A stretch of 24,371 nt of DNA, from NCBI GenBank assembly GCA_045599485.1, contig JAZRWA010000081.1, forward strand, positions 1 to 24,371, in the 5' to 3' direction. Origin of the DNA: Clostridia bacterium. Its GTDB lineage: Bacteria > Bacillota > Clostridia > Christensenellales > Aristaeellaceae. How positions within the stretch are numbered: the first letter of the stretch is position 1; each line of letters begins with the position of its first letter. Of the stretch, positions 19,169-24,371 are shown piece by piece. The notes beneath the pieces are model-generated. The model was not told the DNA's origin, made no database searches, and was given only the letters and a program-made list of their open reading frames with translations. The position numbers and the translations under genes were made by a program.

Positions 19169-19489
19169 TCAGTTGAGCAGGGCGGGATTGATGCGGTAGC
19201 CGCGGCGATAGACCGTCTGAATGATATCATTGCCGAGCTTCATGCGCAGACGGCGCACGTGCACATCAATGGTGCGGGTCTCGTAAGCCTGACAGCTGCC
19301 CCAGGCGGTCAAAAGCAGCTCCCGGCGGCTGAGGGCGGGGCTGTCCTTGCGCGCGCTGTGGCGGAACAGCTCTTCGAATAACAGATATTCCTGGTTGGTC
19401 AGCTGCACTTCCTGACCCGAAAGGGATACGCGCCGTGTGACGGGGTCGAGCCGGACGGCGCTTTTTTTGATCCTGCAAGGTTGAAGCAT
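19169..19489 (-). CDS. Stand-alone OmpR/PhoB-type winged-helix DNA-binding protein (no receiver domain)
   Basis: ATG 19489 lies 8 nt after GGAGG. ...VQLTNQEYLLFEELF....SRRELL..WG......TRTIDVHVRRLRMKLG...IQTVYRRGYRI is a Trans_reg_C domain. About 106 aa. Stop is TGA. Confidence 0.75.
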   Translation of the reverse strand: MLQPCRIKKSAVRLDPVTRRVSLSGQEVQLTNQEYLLFEELFRHSARKDSPALSRRELLLTAWGSCQAYETRTIDVHVRRLRMKLGNDIIQTVYRRGYRINPALLN

Positions 19490-19568
19490 TGGGATCACCT
19501 CCACCCATATAACGCGGGCGGAGGATCTTTTGTTGCAGAGATGTAAAACTGTTCACATTTTGTTAACA

Positions 19569-19594
19569 AATAAAAAGAGCAGCCGGGGCTGCTC
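19569..19594 (-). terminator. Rho-independent terminator after the MreB-like gene
   Basis: On the minus strand: GAGCAGCC..GGCTGCTC stem followed by TTTTTATTT. Confidence 0.65.
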
Positions 19595-19609
19595 CGAAAA
19601 AAGACCGGG

Positions 19610-20641
19610 TCAGGGGCGGAAACGGTTGGTGGCCAGATAACGGCCAAACTCGCGCGGGTTTTCCATGGTGGCGGCGCAGCCCATGGCCACGCAGTCATGC
19701 GGGTTGGCGGCCACGGTGCACTTGACCTTGAGGGAGGCGGCAATGGCATCGGACAGGCCGTACAGCATGGCACCGCCGCCGGTGAGGGTGATGCCGCTTT
19801 TGTCAAAAATGTCGTTGCCCAGCGCGGCCGGGGTGCGCTCCAGCACACCGCGGATCTTTTCGATCAGGTCGGTAAGCGGCTCGTCCATGGCCTCAAAAAC
19901 CTCATCCGAGGAGACGCGCAGCGATTTTGGCAGACCGCTGATGAGGCTGCGGCCGGCGACATCGGCATACAGCGATTCACGCAGGGGAATGGCGGAGCCG
20001 ATATCCATCTTGAGCTTTTCGGCGGTAAGCTCGCCGATGAGGAAGTTGTGCTTGCGGCGCAGATAGCGGATGATGGCCTCGTCAAACTGATCGCCACCCA
20101 GCTTGGGATTGTCGCTGACGGTGACATGATCGTTGGAAAGCACGGCAATGTCGGTCATGCCGGCGCCGATATCCACCACCATGGAGCCGCTGACCGAGCG
20201 GACATCAATGCCCGCGCCGAGGGCGGCGGCCAGGGGACGATCGAGCGGCTGCACGCGCTTGCAGCCCGAATCGTACAGGATGGCGGCGATGTGGCGGCGT
20301 TCTTCCTCATTGATGCCGCTGGGCATGGAAATAACGGCGTTCGGGCGCTTGAACCAGTGCTTGCCCACCGTTTGCTGCACAAAATAGCTGAGCAGATCCT
20401 TGGCGGCCTGGATATCGCTGACCACGCCTTCGCGCAGCGGGCGCACTGCCACCAGGTGGGAGGGTACACGGCCGATCATGCGGTAGGCGTCGCGGCCCCA
20501 GTAACGGATGCACCGGGAGGCGGGCGCATCGGGCTCTTTGATGACGACCGACGCCTCGCGCAGCTTGATGCCGTCGCCGCAGGCGTAGATGATCAGCGAG
20601 GAAGTACCCAGATCGATGCCGATGTCTTCAACGGATGCCAT
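19610..20641 (-). CDS. MreB/Mbl-family actin-like protein
   Basis: 343 aa. DIGIDLGTSS, ...VISMPSGINEEERR.., ..MVVDIGAGMTDIAV.. and ..ITLTGGGA.. are actin-fold phosphate and adenosine motifs. Stop is TGA. Confidence 0.85.
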   Translation of the reverse strand: MASVEDIGIDLGTSSLIIYACGDGIKLREASVVIKEPDAPASRCIRYWGRDAYRMIGRVPSHLVAVRPLREGVVSDIQAAKDLLSYFVQQTVGKHWFKRPNAVISMPSGINEEERRHIAAILYDSGCKRVQPLDRPLAAALGAGIDVRSVSGSMVVDIGAGMTDIAVLSNDHVTVSDNPKLGGDQFDEAIIRYLRRKHNFLIGELTAEKLKMDIGSAIPLRESLYADVAGRSLISGLPKSLRVSSDEVFEAMDEPLTDLIEKIRGVLERTPAALGNDIFDKSGITLTGGGAMLYGLSDAIAASLKVKCTVAANPHDCVAMGCAATMENPREFGRYLATNRFRP

Positions 20642-20764
20642 GACTCAAAAAATCTCCTTTAATAACGGAATCCTGACACTGTAATTCGACACAGTGCGGC
20701 AAATTCCTGCCAAAATTGGGATATAATCCCCACAAAAAATATAAAATAAGCAAAAACTGACGCG

Positions 20765-22033
20765 TTAAACTCCACTTTCGTCCTGCATCCACAGGGTGCG
20801 GCGGCCTAAAACATCCACCGTCATGATGACGGGATCCCCACGCAGAATGGGCAGGCTGATGGTGGTTTGAAGCTATGGCGTCTGCTTGAGGCGCGCGGCG
20901 GAGGTGTAGACCTGAAAAACGCCGTCCCGGAGGTAGCCGGCGGACCACTGGTCCACCGCGTCGAGCGGGTGCCGGAGGCCGCCGGGCAGCAGCTTTTCGA
21001 TGAGCGCGCGGTCCTCCGCTCCCGGCAGGTAATCGGTCAGGGTGATGCTGTAATAGCCGATGCCGGGCAGCACCGAGGCCTCCATTTTTTCGGGGCGGTC
21101 GGAAAGGGGCGCACGCAGCGCCAGCCCTGTGCCGAGCAGGCGTTTGCGGCTGACCGAGATGGCGGCTTCCCCGCAGTCGATGCCCAGATAGCGGCAGCCG
21201 TTTTCGTGCGCGGCGATGAGCGTGGTGCCCGAGCCGCAGCACAGGTCGGCCACGAGGTCGCCGGGGCGGGTGCAGCAGCGGATGATGCGGTCCAGCAGCG
21301 CGCGGGGCTTTTGCGTATCATAGCCGGTGCGCTGGGGGTCCTTCTGCTGCAGGTGGCTGACATCCATCCACACGTCGTCGGGATAGACGGGCTCATCATC
21401 GTAATAGGTGTAGACCTTGCCGCCCACGCGGATGGTGCGGCAGGCGCGGCCGTTTTCGTCCACCGAGCGCTTCATGTGGTTTTCACGGTTTTCGCCGCGG
21501 GGGATGGGCACGCGGGTGATATCAAAAAACAGATTGCGGGATTTGGCGTAGAACAGGATGACGTCGTGCTTGCGGCTGAAATGCTTTTTGCTGCGGCCGC
21601 CGGACTGGTAGGCCCAGATGATCTCATTGATAAAGTTTTTTTCACCGAAGATCTCGTCGCACAGCAGGCGCGCGTAGGCGTTCATGCGGCTGTCCAGATG
21701 GAGGAAAAGGGCACCGGTATCGCTGAGAAGCAGCTTGGCCTGCTCCAGCAGGGCGCGCAGGAGCGTTAAAAATTCCTCCCGGCTGCTGCCGTGAAAATCG
21801 CCGAAGGCGGGCAGCGTCAGCACAGGGCTGCCTTTTTCCCAGCCCTCGCGGCCGCAGCGCATGCGGAAATGAAACTCCTCCCCGGTAAAGAAGGGGGGAT
21901 CGATATATACGCACTGCGCCTGCCCCTTCCACGGGGTCAGCGAAACAGCGGCGGCGTTGTCCATCAGCAGGATGCCGCCGGGGCCGTCGCTCATGTGCAG
22001 CTCTTTTTGACATTCGGTGCGGTGCCAGGCCAT
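20765..22033 (-). CDS. Beta-class (N6-adenine type, DPPF) DNA methyltransferase with a C-terminal extension, carrying one in-frame TAG at 20873-20875
   Basis: Motif IV is VYIDPPFF, followed by motif I DLCCGSGTTLIAAHENGCRYLGID (PF01555 order). After ..ARLKQTP-TAG the frame stays open for 35 GC-rich codons (LQTTISLPILRGDPVIMTVDVLGRRTLWMQDESGV) to TAA 20765-20767. That is exactly where composition drops to AT-rich intergenic DNA. Confidence 0.75.
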
Positions 22034-22039
22034 GGAATT

Positions 22040-22546
22040 TCAATCCCCCAGTTCACGGCGTAACGATTCAAAATAGGGTATCAGGGCATTCAGGTAGGCT
22101 TTGTTTTCGTCCGATTGGCACAGTACCCGGGCGGCCTCACGGGCGGCGTCGATAAAGGCGGGGTCCAGCGCGCGGGGGCCGTTTTCGGCCAGCGGACAGC
22201 AGGAGAAAGCCCTTGGATCCATGCGCAGGGCGATGCGGCCTTCCTCCTTGATGACAGGCGTCAGGGGAAAAAGACGGCAGGCCAGGGGACGGTCGTTGCG
22301 GTCACAGCGGCCGGAGCAGGTCAGCAGTGTCATGCCGGGCAGAACGCTGTCGTCGCGGCTCAGCGCAAAGCCTTCCGGCAAAACGCTGTACAGCGCTTCC
22401 TCACCGGGAAAGAGCAGCATGCCGCCCTGACCGTCCTCATCGGGCGCGCAGCAGGCGGCCCCGCAGACGCGGCCGCAATCGCTTTTGAGCGGGGTGATAT
22501 GCTGTAATAACGCCCTTGCGCGCAGCACCGCTTCCGTTGCCGTCAT
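22040..22546 (-). CDS. YkgJ-like cysteine-cluster protein (putative Zn/Fe-chelating domain)
   Basis: Start at ATG 22546 (MTATEAVL..) after GGAGG. Contains CGRVCGAACC plus later CSGRC and SCCP. Its TGA at 22040-22042 lies 6 nt from the methyltransferase ATG, so they are probably co-transcribed. Confidence 0.55.
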   Translation of the reverse strand: MTATEAVLRARALLQHITPLKSDCGRVCGAACCAPDEDGQGGMLLFPGEEALYSVLPEGFALSRDDSVLPGMTLLTCSGRCDRNDRPLACRLFPLTPVIKEEGRIALRMDPRAFSCCPLAENGPRALDPAFIDAAREAARVLCQSDENKAYLNALIPYFESLRRELGD

Positions 22547-22576
22547 GCCAAAACCTCCTGCATTATAAACGGGTAC

Positions 22577-22605
22577 AGTATAGCATAGTTTGGTATCGAA
22601 TGCAA
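22577..22605 (-). promoter_or_regulatory. Sigma-70-type promoter of the ykgJ-like/methyltransferase unit
   Basis: On the minus strand: TTGCAT (22605-22600), 17-nt spacer, TGC-extended TATACT (22582-22577). Confidence 0.55.
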
Positions 22606-22644
22606 CTTGACGGCCTTGGGGGGCCGTGACGGTGGCTGAAAGAG

Positions 22645-22677
22645 GCAAAAAAACAGCACGGTCATGAACCGTACTGC
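22645..22677 (-). terminator. Rho-independent terminator after the acetyltransferase gene
   Basis: On the minus strand: CAGTACGGT-tcatg-ACCGTGCTG stem followed by TTTTTTTG. Confidence 0.65.
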
Positions 22678-22686
22678 TTTGAACCG

Positions 22687-23307
22687 TTATTCGATGACAC
22701 GGTAGGAGCCGAGGATGTCGGGGCGGTTTTTGAGGCTGTCCGCCTCGGTGAGGGGGCGGATGACGCGGGCGGGCACGCCTGCGGCAAAGCTGTTTGCGGG
22801 AATGGAACGGGTGACCACGCTGCCCGCGCCGATGACGCAGCCATCGCCGATGGTGACGCCGGGACATACGGTCACGCCCGCGCCCAGCCAGCAGTCATTG
22901 CCGATGTGCACCTCCTCCGCCCAGCACAGGTGAGCATGGCTGCCATCGGGGGCCAGCAGCGCCCTGCGCTCCTCCTTGAGCATGGGGTGCAAAGGCGTCA
23001 CGATGGTCACATTGGGGCCGAAGTTGCAGTTCTCGCCGATAGTGACGGGGGCGTCATCCTGACAGGTGAAGTGGAAGTTGATAAAGGTGCCCTTTCCGAT
23101 GCGCGTATGGCTGCCGTAATGGAAGGTGATGGGGCCCTGCAAGTACACGCCTTCGCCCTTGAAGCCGAGCAGGGAGGCAAGGATGCTTTCCCTTTGCTCG
23201 GTCTCATCCTCATAGAGACGGTTATAATCCTGATTGAGGGCATGAGCCTTCTTTTTTTGTTCCTTGCGCCACGGCTCGGCGGGGTTGAACAGCTTTTCGG
23301 TTTGCAT
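22687..23307 (-). CDS. maa: Maltose/galactoside O-acetyltransferase (left-handed beta-helix)
   Basis: 206 aa with an N-terminal Mac domain and hexapeptide repeats (IGENCNFGPNVTI.., IGNDCWLGAGVTVCPGVTIGDGCVIGAGSVV). Stop is TAA. Confidence 0.8.
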   Translation of the reverse strand: MQTEKLFNPAEPWRKEQKKKAHALNQDYNRLYEDETEQRESILASLLGFKGEGVYLQGPITFHYGSHTRIGKGTFINFHFTCQDDAPVTIGENCNFGPNVTIVTPLHPMLKEERRALLAPDGSHAHLCWAEEVHIGNDCWLGAGVTVCPGVTIGDGCVIGAGSVVTRSIPANSFAAGVPARVIRPLTEADSLKNRPDILGSYRVIE

Positions 23308-23316
23308 GAAGTCACC

Positions 23317-23790
23317 TCAATAGCTTTCCGCGCGGCGCTGCCTGCGCAGATTGTCCCGCTTTTCGGCCTTTTCCCATTCCAGACGTTCGGCATCGGTCTG
23401 GGGGACCAGCTGCGGCACGGGCTTGGGGGTGTGGGTACCGTCCTCCACCGCGACCATGACCACATAGGCAGTGTTGATCAGCTCCTTGGGCACGCCTTTG
23501 TTTTCATGGTAGGTGTCGATGCGTACCTCCAGCGAGGTGCGGCCTGTGCGGGTGACATAGCCGTCGAGGGTGACCACATCGCTGACGATGGCGCTTTTTT
23601 GAAAGGTGATGTTGTCGATGGCGACCGTAAACACCTGCGAGTTGGTGTGGCGAAGCGCCACGATGCCGGCCAGCATATCGATCCAGCTGAGCAGGCGGCC
23701 GCCGAACAGGTTGCCCTGCGCGTTGGCATCGCCGGGCAGGATCAGATAGTGCTGGATGGTGCGGGAATCGGCTACAAGACGGGTCTCCAT
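23317..23790 (-). CDS. Acyl-CoA thioesterase (hotdog fold, YciA-like)
   Basis: ATG 23790 lies 8 nt after GGAGG. ..PGDANAQGNLFGGRLLSWIDMLAGIVA..TVAIDNITFQKS...TGRTSLEVRI.. Stop is TGA. Confidence 0.8.
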   Translation of the reverse strand: METRLVADSRTIQHYLILPGDANAQGNLFGGRLLSWIDMLAGIVALRHTNSQVFTVAIDNITFQKSAIVSDVVTLDGYVTRTGRTSLEVRIDTYHENKGVPKELINTAYVVMVAVEDGTHTPKPVPQLVPQTDAERLEWEKAEKRDNLRRQRRAESY

Positions 23791-23795
23791 GGGGG

Positions 23796-24368
23796 TCACC
23801 TCCGCTTTTTGTTCAGGATGGGGCCGGCCAGAGCGCCGACCAGACCGCCCAGCAGGTGCGCCAGCTGGGAGATGTTATCCGCCGTGAACAGGCCGTTGTA
23901 GATCTCCCGTCCCAGATACACCGCCGCCACCAGCAGCACGGTGATGGGCAGACCGCCATCCCGGACCGCGGCGTAGGAGCAGAGCAGGATCATCATAAAC
24001 ACCACGCCGCTGGCGCCCAGCAGCGCCGTGCCGGGCATAAACAGGATGTTGAACAAGCCGGTGATCAGCGCGGTAAAGGCCATCAGCAGCACAAGGCGCA
24101 CGCCGCCGTATTTTTCCTCCAGCATGGGACCCAGCAGCAGGATGTACAACAGGTTGTTGAACAGATGATCCCAGCTGCTGTGACCCATGATGTGGGTGAA
24201 GCAGCGGATGTATTGCAGGGGATCACCAAAGCCTGTGCGGTATACGGTGAAAAGCGAATGCGTGAAGGCACCGCCTGAAATGGTGTTGATGATCTGAATG
24301 AGCAGACACAGCGCGCAGAAGATCAGTATGACCGGCGCGTTCAGCGTCAGACGAAACTTTTTTTTCAT
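23796..24368 (-). CDS. Rhomboid-family intramembrane serine protease
   Basis: 190 aa with about 6 TM helices. H..GH...H.FNN, GASGVVF (GxSG) and HLLGGLVGAL (catalytic His). Its TGA overlaps the RBS region of the next gene. Confidence 0.8.
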   Translation of the reverse strand: MKKKFRLTLNAPVILIFCALCLLIQIINTISGGAFTHSLFTVYRTGFGDPLQYIRCFTHIMGHSSWDHLFNNLLYILLLGPMLEEKYGGVRLVLLMAFTALITGLFNILFMPGTALLGASGVVFMMILLCSYAAVRDGGLPITVLLVAAVYLGREIYNGLFTADNISQLAHLLGGLVGALAGPILNKKRR

Positions 24369-24371
24369 GTC

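Noticed and set aside
18620-19489. GNAT acetyltransferase plus small DNA-binding protein as a GNAT-toxin/antitoxin pair.
   Set aside because: The two genes are convergent (stop codons adjacent at 19166-19171), not co-transcribed. The DNA-binding protein is an OmpR-type wHTH rather than the RHH or HTH antitoxin type normally encoded upstream of GNAT toxins.
19536-19570. Apparent inverted repeat around AAAACTGTTCACATTTTG upstream of the wHTH gene.
   Set aside because: On checking, only 6 of 8 positions pair. That is too imperfect to call an operator.
20675-20697. Palindrome CACTGT-N8-ACAGTG in the leader of the MreB-like gene.
   Set aside because: It has only 6-bp arms, which is easily expected by chance. 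There is no second copy in the window to suggest an operator family.
20765-22033. Methyltransferase as part of a restriction-modification system.
   Set aside because: There is no endonuclease-like ORF on either side. The flanking genes are a Cys-cluster protein and an MreB-like protein, so I treat it as an orphan methyltransferase.
22562-22567. A second TATAAT (minus strand) upstream of the ykgJ-like gene.
   Set aside because: It lies only about 16 nt from the ATG, so transcription would start inside or after the GGAGG RBS. The TTGCAT-17-TATACT pair further upstream is the better promoter.

Overview
High-GC (about 60% or more) bacterial chromosomal segment. Gene content and GGAGG ribosome-binding sites suggest a Clostridia/Oscillospiraceae-type organism, but that taxonomy is inference only. 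I support about 24 protein genes. They include an ArsR/SmtB metalloregulator, an M18 aminopeptidase, gpmI, gdhA, a MoxR-DUF58-transglutaminase operon, an FAD protein and a cell-division cluster (membrane-fusion-like protein, sepF, divIVA). Also present are an MscS channel, a DUF3267 HExxH protein, DUF362, a GNAT, a stand-alone OmpR-type wHTH and an MreB-like protein. The last group is a YkgJ-like protein with an orphan beta-class DNA methyltransferase, an LbH acetyltransferase, an acyl-CoA thioesterase and a rhomboid protease. I saw no rRNA, tRNA, CRISPR array or transposase.

Main signal: every interruption of a conserved gene is an in-frame TAG, in the transglutaminase, MoxR, MscS and methyltransferase genes. 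A small ORF in a roughly 30% GC island carries three more. Homologous or codon-like sequence continues in the same frame past each TAG. All 22 unambiguous gene ends use TAA (10) or TGA (12). The only candidate TAG terminator, in DUF58, is followed 12 codons later by TGA. This pattern fits amber-codon reassignment or efficient suppression better than random pseudogenisation. This window alone cannot prove it and does not identify the inserted amino acid.

Second signal: a family of at least 8 hairpin-plus-tail repeats (GGAACC...GGTTCC stem, tail CCCTCCGxGAAAAAG) plus a second hairpin type. They are concentrated in two convergent intergenic regions. Several abut TAA stop codons, and they bracket the AT-rich island and the DUF3267 gene.
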